From positions 360,778,001 through 360,842,000 of the forward strand of contig OZ024741.1 in assembly GCA_964016885.1 (NCBI GenBank): a DNA stretch of 64,000 nt, written 5' to 3'. The notes beneath the pieces were generated by a model. It saw only the letters and a list, made by a program, of their open reading frames with translations, searched no databases and was not told the DNA's origin. This DNA comes from Eledone cirrhosa. Taxonomy: Eukaryota. This document shows, piece by piece, positions 51,812-64,000 of the stretch; positions within the stretch are counted from its first letter, which is position 1; each line of letters starts with the position of its first letter. A program made the position numbers and the translations under genes.

Positions 51812-52177
51812 CTAGAAAGAAAGAAAATGAGAAATTTAGAACTACGAATATGTTGAGTGTGTATATATAGTGCAACTGTCTGCATATTTATAGATGTTTA
51901 AACATGTAAAAATTAATTCTTTCTAAAACATATAGGACTTATAAAGGCCAGTGTTTAGCTTCAATTTTAGCTGAAATGTTAGTTGGTTTCTTTGATCTAT
52001 GGTCAATGCAATCATTAGTTGTCAGTGTGTGGCTGAAGTCAGGAATTTATTTCCCCAAAGCATTCGTATAGACCAGTGGTTCCCAAAGTGGGTTCTGCAG
52101 AACCCAAGGGTTCCACAAAGGAGTGCCTGGGGTTCTGTGGGAAAAGGTAGAGGAATATATTTATATTACGACCATAT

Positions 52178-52638
52178 AACCAAGTAATATAGAATGAGGT
52201 CATACCAAATGACTGGCGTAGCAGCAGCATCATCAACTGTTACAAGAGCAAAGGAGACGCTCTGGATAGAGGAAACTATAGGGGTATTAAATTAGTTAAC
52301 CAGGTCATGAAAGTCACAGAAAGAGTTATTACTCAACTGATTAGAGACAAAATTGATCTAGATGAAATGCAGTTTGGGTTTGTGCCAGGTAAAAGTGCCA
52401 CGGATGATCTTTTCCTTGTACAGCAATTACAGGAGAAGTACCTAGCTAACAGTAACCCCCTCTACTTAGCTTTTGTTGGCCTGGAGAAGGCCTTTGACAG
52501 AGTCTCACGCACCTTAATCTGGTGGGCCTTAGAAAACTAGGAGTGGAAGAATGGCTTGTGAGAGCTATACAAGCCATGTATAGAGGAACAGTCAGCAAGG
52601 TTAGAATTAACGATGAATATAGTGATGAATTTAGTGTG
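52178..52638 (+). mobile_element. RTE LINE fragment, same family as 41505-44790
   Basis: MKVTERVITQLIRDKIDLDEMQFGFVPGK..LEKAFDRV. Confidence 0.9.
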
Positions 52639-52639
52639 T

Positions 52640-53476
52640 ATTTTTATATATACACCCTCACACTATACACACACTCCCTAAAACCATATTCCAATAATAG
52701 AATTTCTTTTACAACCATAAAATTTGTCTCTAGTTTACAATTCCCCCATCCCCCTCGCCACCCCCATTTGAACTCTGGACCAGTCCATTAACACAATCCA
52801 ATATACACACACATATTTACAGAATATTTCCTTTGCCCCCAAGAAACAATTTTGTTCTGTCAAGAAACACAACCACCAACATGTTACTATCATGGCTACA
52901 CACCTCTCTATACACAAGAATTCATTCTCCAGTCCCCTTTTGAGCAAGGAAGATGGGGAAAAAACTTACTCCAACACTTAATTTTAAATCTTTAATTTTC
53001 AGTTTTTAATTCTTATTAATTCTTTTTAATTGTAATACTCAACATTTGATAAGATGAATTTTAATAATACATCGAAACCGGTAATATGTTATATACTTTA
53101 TATACATTATAAAACTCTTTTTTGAAAGAATTGTCCTTCTCATTTTTTCAATAATGTCATCTTTTCAATAATGTCACTTTGACGAATCAAAGAAAAGAAA
53201 AAAAAAAATGAAAAACAGACCCTAAAATATATTTTCCGTGCTATTTCCAACTTCACCTTTTCTCTATATCCACTGTTTTGTATAGAACCTTACTTCCCTT
53301 TTCTAACATATGTATATATATATTTTTTTTTAACAATCATTTTTAATATCAATTTGTGTACATGTTACAAAGATCCTTTATATATATACCAGGTGCACTT
53401 TTCAAACACTTTTTATTATCATTTTTCTTATATAACGTGATTTGTATAGAACATTTTCTAAGGTCCACACTTTTTT

Positions 53477-53480
<4 letters not shown>
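52640..53480 (+). mobile_element. Probable Penelope-like remnant with a minimal hammerhead-like motif
   Basis: Interrupts the RTE; motif aacat-TTGATAA-gatg..catc-GAAAccgGTA-atatgtt at 53041-53090. No protein evidence. Confidence 0.4.
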
Positions 53481-53534
<54 letters not shown>

Positions 53535-54119
53535 TATATACACCCAAGCAACACCATGACCTCTGGTGCTATGAAGTATTACAGAAGACCCACCCTCTTA
53601 TATTATCAGGCTGAGGCATATATCTAGTAGGCAACACCTCCCCTCCCATAAACCTCCTTTGCAATCATCCCTATACCTATATCCTCAATTTCCCCAAGCA
53701 TCTTCCCTACTCCTCCCAAGTTCCTAAACCCCTCCATAAAGTGATCCCGACAAAAGAGCCCAGTTCACACTATATAGTGGTCATATAGGAGTCACAACAA
53801 AAGTGCCCGGTCCACACTGTAAAGTGATCGTGTAGGCATCACGGCAAAAAGTACCCAGCACATACTGTAAATGTGGTTGGCATTCATGCTAGCATGAAAG
53901 ATGGATGTTAAACAATGATGATGATGATGATGATGATATATTTATACACACACACACACATATAATCATAATCATTTAATGTCAGCTTTACCTGCTAGCA
54001 AGGGTTGGATGGGTCTACATAGATCAAGTTAATACTGAAGCAGGGCTACCGGCCTCCCAGACAGGCTGAGGGATCTGCATCCTTCTTACGTATGGTTATA
54101 TAAAGTGCAGAGAAGTTGT

Positions 54120-54540
54120 TGTCTTTTGTCACAAACTGAAGGGTCCTCTTAACCCCTTGTTTGATAAGCTTTCTATGGCTGGATGCCCTTTTTATCACCA
54201 ACCACTTTACAGCATGTAGTAAGTGCTTTTATTGTGTATATTACCAACACTAGGGAGGTTGTTATGTCCTTGACACAACTCAAGGGTCCTCTCAACCCTT
54301 TGTTTAGCAAACTTTCTATGGCTGGATACTGTTCCTATTATCAACCACTTTACAGCATGTACCAGGTGTGTTTATTGTGCAGATTACCAACACTAGAGAG
54401 GTGGTTGTGTCTTTGACACAACTAAAGGGTCCTCTCAGCTCTTTTGGGCATGGTTTCTATAACGGGGTGTTCTTCTTGTTGCCAACCACCCTTACAGAGT
54501 GTACCAGGTACATTTTCATGGCACCACCAACTGAAGAGCC
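54120..54540. repeat. Three degenerate tandem copies of about 140 bp of a LINE/SINE tail-derived unit
   Basis: acaact.aagggtcctct.a.cc.ttgttt..tttctatggctggat recurs at about 54132, 54275 and 54418. Confidence 0.7.
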
Positions 54541-55070
54541 CTCACAGCACTGGGTAGGGAGCAATAGTTGATGTTGATATATATGAAGATATAGGTGTAT
54601 GTGGAAATTTGGTAGGGCAATGAGTAAAGGGTAGGGGGTGGTTGATTAGTGTATGGAGAGAGGGGAGTCATGTGATGAAGAGATAGGTATAGGAGTTTAG
54701 GAATGAGTAAGGTATAGAGATAGCTGTTTAGTGTATGGGAGATGGGATGTAGTAATGTGGGGAATGTGGTCAATAGAAGGGGGGAGGGGTCATGGTAGAG
54801 AGATAGGTAGGGGGGATGAACAAGGGGTAGGGAGAGTAGCTACTAGGGTGCAATGGCAAAAATACCTAAGGTCTTTACAGGGAAGTAGTAGTTAAGGAGT
54901 GGTTTTGGAAGGGACACGGGTGGTGGGTGCAATAGTGGTGGGATAGATGGTGGGGAGTGCTATTAGGAGGGGCTCATGGATGAGTTAAGTCATATTGTAT
55001 GTGTTCATCACAGCATAGCACCAGCCTGCTTGATCCCTTGTCATCTCAGTTGTGAGGCTTAGTTTCTTAA

Positions 55071-55276
55071 CCCTTTAGCATTTACATTACTGTATATATA
55101 CTATTGTATTTTCATGGTAAAGGCTTTACCTCACATAATATCGAATCTATGAGATTTTGATAATATTTATTTTGAGAACAATACCTTAACATCAGTATGA
55201 GTGGCCGGTTACAGCTGGTTTCAACAAAGAGGTGAGAGAATTCTGGCCAGATACAGCCAGTTTAAATGCTAAAGGG
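55071..55276. mobile_element. piggyBac-like MITE (same family, inverted relative to 24386 and 29957), inserted in an older LINE remnant
   Basis: TTAA|CCCTTTAGCATTTA ... TAAATGCTAAAGGG|TTAA. Confidence 0.9.
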
Positions 55277-55669
55277 TTAATGTTGCTCTTCGCTACCTCA
55301 TCCCGTGTCTTCCTGGGTCTGCCTTTTCCTCAAGTTCCAGCCACTGCATTTCTTTATGCAGCTGCTATCTTCTATATACATCACATGTCCATACCAGCAC
55401 AATCTTCTCTCTTTTTACATCCGTTCTTCCACGCTAGCATGAGTTAGACGGGTTGTCCTGTTGTGGGGAGGAGCCGGTCGGCTGACCATGTCTTGCTCAT
55501 ACAGGAACTGATTCTGGCTTGATTTCTACAGCTGGATGCCCTTCCTAACACCAACCTCATTTACAGTGTGGGCTGGGTGCTTTTTTGCTGTGGCACCTCC
55601 ACGACCACTTTGTAGTGGGAGGGAGTGGGGGCATATTGTCTATATGCTTCAGCTTTGGCTGTGATCAAC

Positions 55670-57797
55670 GTTCTGGGATCTGTTTACCAAGCAAGCAGGC
55701 TTCGTTTCTTTCTAATCTACGCAAGTCTTCTACAGACAGCGCCCAGGTCTCACCACCATGTAACATTGATGTTCGTATACATGCATCATACAGTCCTCCC
55801 TTCATTTTGAGGCAGTAGCTCCCTGAACTTCTTCCATCCCGTTCTTATCCTAGTTATTGTACTTTCCGAACACCCACCTCTGCTGCTAATTTGGTCACCT
55901 AGGTAGCAGAAGCTGTCTACTGTTTCTACAGAGCCCTCCCAGAGTTTGGTGGTGCTTGTTTCCTGTGGCTGTTTGCTGCTTGCTGTCTCAGCGCAGCTGC
56001 TACTTGTGAAGCCTACATTCTTAGTTAAGCTTCCTGAGATCCCACTACATCTCGTGTACCCATTGTTTGCATTTGGGGCAAAGGATGGAGTTCCTACATA
56101 CTGAGCAAGGTCATTTCGCTAATGGGATCTGGGTTCTGTTTTCTTGTCTACTTACAAGGATCTTAGTCTTTGTCAGGTTGACTTTGAGACCCTTTCTTTC
56201 TAGTCCCTGCTTCCATGTTTGGAATTTCTTCTCTAGTTCTACCATAGATTCGGCTATAAGTACGAGGTCATCTGCATACAGGAGTTCCCATATTGCCTGC
56301 AAAACTATAATGAACAGGAGAGGGCGAAGAATGGTGCCCTGGTGGACACCGACCTGTATACTAAATTCCTCGCTATAGTCATTGCTAATCCTAACTTTGC
56401 TGACTGCTCCCCTATACATGGCTTGTACAACTTTCACAAGCCTACTCCTAGTTTTCTAAGAGCCCGCCAGATTAAAGCACGGGGATCTCTGTCAAAGGCT
56501 TTCTCCAGATCGACGAATGCCAGGTAGAGCGGCTTACTTTTAGCTAGGTACTTTTCCTGTAGCCTCACAAGGAAGAGGGTATCAGTGGTGCCTTTTCCTG
56601 GCACAAACCCAAATTGCATCTCATCTAGATCCACCCGGTCCCTAATCAACTGTGCTATAACTCTTTCTGTTACTTTCATGACCTGGTTCATCAGCTTTAT
56701 ACCTCTATAGTTTCCTCTATCTAGTGCATCACCTTTACCCTTGTAGCAGTTGACAATGATGCTGCTGCACCAATCCTTTGGTATGACACCTAGTATTACC
56801 TGGTTAACAATACATGTGGTTATGGTGTGACCTACCACATGCCTTCAGTATCTCGGCAGCTATACCCAATGGACCGGTTACCTTCCCCGTCTTCATATCT
56901 TTAATTGCCTTACTTACTATGCTGCTGCTGACTTGTACTGCTGGCCCCTCTATAGGGTCTACTTGGAGTAGGGTCTCTTCTTCCCATGCATTCTCCTCAT
57001 TTAATAATCTTTCATAATGGCTCTTCCACGCATCTTTCTTCACAGCACTTGTGAGGGCAAGCTCACCTTTATCATTCCGGATACACTTCTCTCCAATAAC
57101 ATCACAATTCTCTCTGACACACTGCCTCGCAATCTTGAACACTTCCTGTTTCTGGTCCTCACGTTGCAAGACAAGTTTGAATTTTCTATCCTCTGCTTCC
57201 CTTCTAGCTAAGTATACTTGTCGCCTAGCTTCCCTCCTGGTTTCTATGTAACGTACCCTGCTTCCCCCGTTCTTCCATTCTTTCCATGCCTGTCTCTTAA
57301 CCTTAACTGCCATATCTACCTTATTGTTCCACCACCAAGTCACTCTCCTCCTGCCTGTAGTCTTACTCCAACAACAGATCTCATCCGTCGCCTTTAGTAA
57401 GTTATTTTTTAGAAACTCCCAGTGCTCTTCTACATTGAATGTCTCTATCTGTTCTTCTTTACTGTCATAGGCATCAAGTAAAATATCTTTAAATCTGTTA
57501 CTGGCTGAGGGGTCTTTCAGCTTCCAGATCTTTCTTCTCCAGGTTGCCTTCTGTTTCCAAGTTCGTCTAGTTTTGACAATGAGGTTGCTGACAACTAAGT
57601 TATGATGGGAGGTACATTCCTCACCAGGGAAGGCTTTTGTGTTTATGACCGTCCATCTCTCACGTCCTCTGATGAGGATAAAATCTATCTGACTAGAATG
57701 TTCCCCTGATCAGGTGATTGTCGGGTTTTTTGAAGTTTGTGTTATATATCAACATGTCATTGGCGTCGCAGAATTCTAGAAGCCTGAAGCCTTCTTC
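55670..57797 (-). mobile_element. RTE LINE, decayed, same family as 41505-44790 but opposite orientation
   Basis: TWWWNNKV, YERLLNEEN, DEMQFGFVPGK, FVDLEKAFDR, WELLYADD; multiple frameshifts. Confidence 0.92.
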
Positions 57798-58285
57798 ATT
57801 TCTTGTGCCAAACCCGTGGCATATTACATCCAATTCCTCTTATGCCAAGTTTTCCTCTTAATTCAATTATGCCACACCGTTCATACACACTAACACACAC
57901 ATATATACATATATATATATATATATATACACATACACATGTACATACATATATATACACATGTATGTATATATACATACACACACACACACACACACAT
58001 ATATACACATGTATGTATATATACAAACACACACACACACATACATATGCCCTTTCCATCACCAACTACTTTACAGCATGGACTGGGCACATTGTCCTTG
58101 TGGCCAGCACTAGAGAGGTTGTCTTACCAGCTTTATGAGTCCTCGCCACCCTGTATCAGTTTTATTTTGAGTGTCTACTCGCCTAGACATGTAGTGTTCA
58201 TAGCAGCTTACTGAGCCCATGTCTACCCCGTGCAGTCTCCTAGATAGGCTTCCTTCACCGCGGCTTACGGGATCCATGTTAGATC

Positions 58286-60560
58286 ATATATGTATATTAC
58301 AACACACAGCTAACTAACAAGACTGACTGTTACAATATATATGTGTTACACCAGACAGCTAAGTAACAAGACTGTTACAATATATATGTGTTACACTAGA
58401 CAGCTAAGTAACAAGACTGTTACAACATATATGTATATTACAACAGACAGCTAACTAACAAGACTGACTGTTACAATATATATATATGTGTTACACTAGA
58501 CAGCTAAGTAACAAGACTGTTACAATATATATGTGTTACACCAGACAGCTAAGTAACAGGACTGTTACAATATATATGTGTTACACCAGACATCTAAGTA
58601 ACAGGACTGTTACAATATATATGTGTTACACTAGACAGCTAAGTAACAGGACTGTTACAATATATATGTATGTTACATCAGACAGCTAACTAACAAGACT
58701 GACTGTTACAATATATATGTGTTACACCAGACAGCTAAGTAACAGGACTGTTACAATATATATGTGTTACACCAGACAGCGAAGTAACAGGACTGTTACA
58801 ATATATATGTGTTACACCAGACAGCTAAGTAACAAGACTGTTACAATATATATGTGTTACATCAGACAGCTAAGTAACAAGACTGTTACAATATATATGT
58901 GTTACACCAGACAGCTAAGTAACAGGACTGTTACAATATATATGTGTTACACCAGACAGCTAAGTAACAGGACTGTTACAATATATATGTGTTACACCAG
59001 ACAGCTAAGTAACAGGACTGTTACAATATATATGTGTTACACCAGACAGCTAAGTAACATGACTGTTACAATATATATGTGTTACACCAGACAGCTAAGT
59101 AACAAGACTGTTACAATATATATGTGTTACACCAGACAGCTAAGTAACAAGACTGTTACAATATATATGTGTTACACCAGACAGCTAAGTAACAGGACTG
59201 TTACAATATATATATGTTACACCAGACAGCTAAGTAACAAGACTGTTACAACATATGTGTTACATCAGACAGCTAAGTAACAAGACTGTTACAATATATA
59301 TGTGTTACATCAGACAGCTAAGTAACAGGACTGTTACAATATATATGTGTTACATCAGACAGCTAAGTAACAAGACTGTTACAATATATATGTGTTACAT
59401 CAGACAGCTAAGTAACAGGACTGTTACAATATATATGTGTTACACTAGACAGCTAGGTAACAGGACTGTTACAATATATATGTATGTTACATCAGACAGC
59501 TAACTAACAAGACTGACTGTTACAATATATATGTGTTACACCAGACAGCTAAGTAACAGGACTGTTACAATATATATGTGTTACACCAGACAGCTAAATA
59601 ACAAGACTGTTACAATATATATGTGTTACACCAGACAGCGAAGTAACAGGACTGTTACAATATATATGTGTTACACCAGACAGCTAAGTAACAAGACTGT
59701 TACAATATATATGTGTTACATCAGACAGCTAAGTAACAAGACTGTTACAATATATATGTGTTACACCAGACAGCTAAGTAACAGGACTGTTACAATATAT
59801 ATGTGTTACACCAGACAGCTAAGTAACAGGACTGTTACAATATATATGTGTTACACCAGACAGCTAAGTAACAGGACTGTTACAATATATATGTGTTACA
59901 TCAGACAGCTAAGTAACATGACTGTTACAATATATATGTGTTACACCAGACAGCTAAGTAACAAGACTGTTACAATATATATGTGTTACACCAGACAGCT
60001 AAGTAACAGGACTGTTACAATATATATATGTTACATCAGACAGCTAAGTAACAAGACTGTTACAACATATGTGTTACATCAGACAGCTAAGTAACAAGAC
60101 TGTTACAATATATATGTGTTACATCAGACAGCTAAGTAACAGGACTGTTACAATATATATGTGTTACATCAGACAGCTAAGTAACAAGACTTTTACAATA
60201 TATATGTGTTACATCAGACAGCTAAGTAACAGGACTGTTACAATATATATGTGTTACACCAGACAGCTAAGTAACAAGACTGTTACAACATATGTGTTAC
60301 ATCAGACAGCTAAGTAACAAGACTGTTACAATATATATGTGTTACATCAGACAGCTAAGTAACAGGACTGTTACAATATATATGTGTTACATCAGACAGC
60401 TAAGTAACAAGACTGTTACAATATATATGTGTTACATCAGACAGCTAAGTAACAGGACTGTTACAATATATATGTGTTACACCAGACAGCTAAGTAACAA
60501 GACTGTTACAACATATGTGTTACATCAGACAGCTAAGTAACAGGACTGTTACAACATAGT
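58286..60560. repeat. 45-bp tandem satellite (about 50 units) with higher-order structure
   Basis: Unit ATATATATGTGTTACACCAGACAGCTAAGTAACAGGACTGTTACA; variant patterns repeat at offsets of 814 and 223 bp. Confidence 0.97.
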
Positions 60561-60861
60561 TATATTACTTCAGAAACTCTTTATTTGATCACCAACCATT
60601 TTACAGACTACACTGTGTGTATATACCACTTTACAGAGTATACTGGGTACCACATACATGGTACCAAAACTTGAAATATTATCAAAGGGTTCCTTCTACC
60701 GAGCATTGTCCACCAATTTTACAAAGGCTAGTGAGTGTGTTCCATCATAATACTAATACTAGATAGGCTGTTTTGTATGTTGCAGGCTGAAAGGGATCTC
60801 TCCATGTAGCCTCCAATATTTCATCATATCTACTTTTAGCATTACAGTGCTGGTGGACAGT

Positions 60862-61470
60862 GCCTCGCAGAAGAATGTAAAATAAACAAATACCGGGGTC
60901 TATCCGGCCGCTTCCTCTTCGCACCAGTCACTGTCGAGATCTCAGGCATACTTGGACCCCATACAGCCAAGCTCCTCCGCAAGATTGGAACGGTGGCTGC
61001 AGCCCGTCTGAGGAAGGAGTCCCATGAGGTTGGGTGGTTGTTGCAGCGGGTATCACTGGCCACCATCCGTGGAAATGCTTTTGCAGTCTTGTCCGCAGGG
61101 CACAACACTTTTTCCCTCTTGCCCTAGGCCCAAAGCCGGATCACCCTCCCCTCTCTTCTGCGACCCTAGAATTTTTGCCATCGCCTCGCCTTCCCGTTCT
61201 TCTTCTTTCTTTTTCTCTTTTTTCTCTATATTTCCCTATTCTTTTTCCTTTTGTTTCCTTTTCTTTTTCATTATTGCCATTATTATAGTTATTATTATTA
61301 TTATTTTTATTATTGCTCAGCAAAGAGTTACAGCCCTTTATAGTCTGAGTTCGAATCCCGCCAAGGTTAACTTTGCCTTTCATCCTTTTAGGGTCGATAA
61401 AATAAAGTACCAGTAATACACTGGGTAATTGCTGGTCTTGTGCCAAAAGTAGAAACAATTATTATTGTTA
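60862..61470 (+). mobile_element. Second copy of CRE-type RLE 3' fragment, pyrimidine tract and SINE
   Basis: Collinear with 21398-21985 from cctcgcagaagaa through aaaagtagaaaca(att)n. Confidence 0.8.
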
Positions 61471-63794
61471 CTGTAAATAAAATATATTTTCAATTTACTT
61501 CATAAACTAAAACATGAGATACAGCAAGTCACCAGTTAGCTTGATCCTGTATCATCTTTCATGAGGTTCAGTTTCTTAAAGGTCCACTCTTCACAACTTT
61601 GTCCTGTGTCTTCCTTAATCTTCCCCTTCCATTATTCCATCTACTTCAGGTACTCAGCCTTTTTTTTAATATACAACTCTCTCTCTCACCTTACATATCA
61701 CATGTCCATATCAGTATTATCTTCTTCTTCATCCACTTATTCCTGAGAGGGTCGTGGGGGCAGAATCCTCAAACACTCCCTCCAGCAGGTCCTGTCAGAA
61801 GTAACTGTCTCCAATGGATGTTATCCAACCATCTTGCTCGGGAGGGGGGGGGGGGCTGCCTCTGTACTATCACCTATTCATATGTCATGGATTGCCTGGG
61901 ACTGAATTTTGCCTTCTGTGGCTGATTTATCCAGAATTATTTAGTCACCAAATGCAAAACTTGACATGCCAGTCAATCCTTGATGTATAATAAATATGAC
62001 TAGTACCAGTGTTATGTCCCCCAACCCATCAGCAAATGTTTGTTGATATTTATTATTCTCTAAGTCAACAACTCAAATAATAACACACACACATAGATAT
62101 ATATATAGTGAGAGTAAGTATAGTGCACTACATACAACTATCTATGAAAGAGAGAACTTAAGACTTTTAATGACCATGAAAATTATTGTGTACAGTGCTC
62201 AGGTGCACTACAACTCATCAAAGGTGCATGTATAGTACATATAATAATGTACAAAAGTCAGGAAAGTGAACAGTGTATGAGTCATGATATACACACACAC
62301 AGCGTGTGTATGTATGGAGAGGGAATATCAGGCTTAGTGTCGGCGAATTTCAGGAAGTTTTGAAGGATGCAGTGTCCTGACAGCTAACAACCGATGCAGG
62401 TAGTTTGTTCCATACTTCAGCAATTCTAAGTAAAGGTTTTATTGTGGCTAATGGAAAGTTCAATATCTGACAGAGCCTAGTAGTTTCATTACTGACAGGT
62501 ACCACAGTATTGTGAAATTTTCACAAATGGAGGTTGTATTTGTAGTGGGTGTGTTTGACTCAGAAGTATGAGGAATGTGTGTAGCGTGATTGATTTTTAT
62601 GCAACAAATTATAGCTTTCTCACAAAAGAACTTCCTCTTTGCTTATTACTACACCCACTCAGCTATACACTCTCTAGTGCTTGATCAAACTTAATTGTTC
62701 AAACCTATACACACCCACCAAAACACTACCTGCAAATAAAGCAACCACCAAAGATACCCGACTAGACTACACATTCCAAACACCTGACTGTGAGTCAACT
62801 CATCCCTTATAAATATAAACCCCATTTCTTAAAATCACAATATCAAAAGACTGTGTCCAAGAATGAAAATACTAGTCCCTGTGAGGTATTGAATGTTTCA
62901 GTTAAATGAGATATAGCTTGGCTTTATGCCAGGTAGTGGTACTATTGATGCCCTCTTATTTTACTGGTTTCAGTCACTTGACTATGATTATGCCATGCTC
63001 CTCCTGAAAGGGACTTAGTTGGTCATATCAATCCCAGTACTTATTTTTTCAAGTCTGGTACTTATTTTATCATTGTTTTGTACAGCTAAGTTACAAAACA
63101 TAAACAAACAGTAAACATATATACAAAACCTTCCACACAGTTTCTAAGTACTAACTTTCACTCACAAGGCATTGATCTATCATAGGCTTTATATGAAGAC
63201 ACTTGCTTAAGTTGCCACAGAGTGGGGCTAAATTCAAAACTGTGTGGTTGTGAAATTCCTTTACCATACAGCCATGCTTGCACCTATGTTGATAAATCCA
63301 GACAGTCAACAATATATATATATCAATTGATCAATTTTCACCTTTAATAACCTTTGAATATTTCCTTTGTTGAGTCACCACCACTTTATTAGATCTGAGA
63401 AATTCTCAATATGAAACATTCTACATCAACAAATAGCTGACCTCACTCAAAAACCAGTTTGTAATAAAATTAATTGAAAATCCATATATACTAATATTAT
63501 ACATGCATCAAAGTAGTGCAACACATGTACAGTGGTGTTGTCAGTAAAACGAGAGTATCTAATGAGTTTAGTGAGGAATTATGCAGGTAGATATCCATCA
63601 GGGTTCAGGCATCAGCCCACTTCATCAGGGCCTGATTTAATGCAGAACAAAGGAGGCAATTGCCCCAGTGGTCTCGGACTGTGACAACCCGTCCAATACA
63701 TGCCAGGGTGGAAATCATCATCATCATCAACATCATCTTCATCATTTTACGTCCGCTTTTCCCTGCTTGCAAAGGTGGGACGGGTCTTATTCAG

Positions 63795-64000
63795 CACAGC
63801 ATCTCTCCACTTGTCACGGTCCTTCGTCATCTCCACCGTGAGCTTCAGCAATCTGAGGTCTGTTCTCACCACCTCCGCCCATGTTTTTCGTGGTCTACTT
63901 ATACCACGTCTTCCTTCAACTGGCATTTCCTGTCACTTCTTCACCCATCGGTCATCCTCCATGTGCATCACATGTCCATACCACCACAGTCTCCTCTCTC
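63795..64000 (-). mobile_element. RTE LINE 3' end running off the window
   Basis: Minus strand ERRLWWYGHVMHMEDDRWVKK...RPRKTWAEVVRTDL. Confidence 0.85.

Noticed and set aside
50964-51875. Stand-alone 303-aa single-exon gene
   Set aside because: The ORF ends run into intronic polypyrimidine and donor sequence; the internal 804 nt splice in frame to SAV1.
58286-60560. CRISPR-like array or repetitive protein gene
   Set aside because: Units are contiguous with no unique spacers, there are no cas genes, and the context is eukaryotic. The ORFs arise because 45 is divisible by 3 and are broken by 43-bp and longer variant units.
51812-64000. SAV1 exon 1
   Set aside because: No segment encoding an MLSRKK/GKYVK-like N-terminus with a phase-1 donor was recognised; probably outside the window, though a short exon could have been missed.

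Overview
Eukaryotic (animal) genomic DNA, AT-rich and dense in microsatellites. The repeat content suggests a mollusc, probably an octopus (inference only). One host gene is present: a minus-strand salvador/SAV1 orthologue (Hippo pathway scaffold). Six coding exons can be spliced in frame with GT..AG boundaries from 51811 down to 31371, encoding two WW domains and a C-terminal SARAH coil. Exon 1 was not found and probably lies beyond the window. Almost everything else is mobile DNA: two R4/Dong-like RLE retrotransposons sitting in different microsatellites, several RTE LINEs, CRE-type RLE fragments, a compact Ty3/Gypsy LTR element with TSD, Helitrons, a Merlin derivative, piggyBac/hAT/Tc1-pogo MITEs, SINEs, Penelope-like remnants with hammerhead-like motifs, and a 45-bp satellite. 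No CRISPR array, rRNA gene or true tRNA gene was seen. All family assignments come from motif recognition by eye, not database searches.
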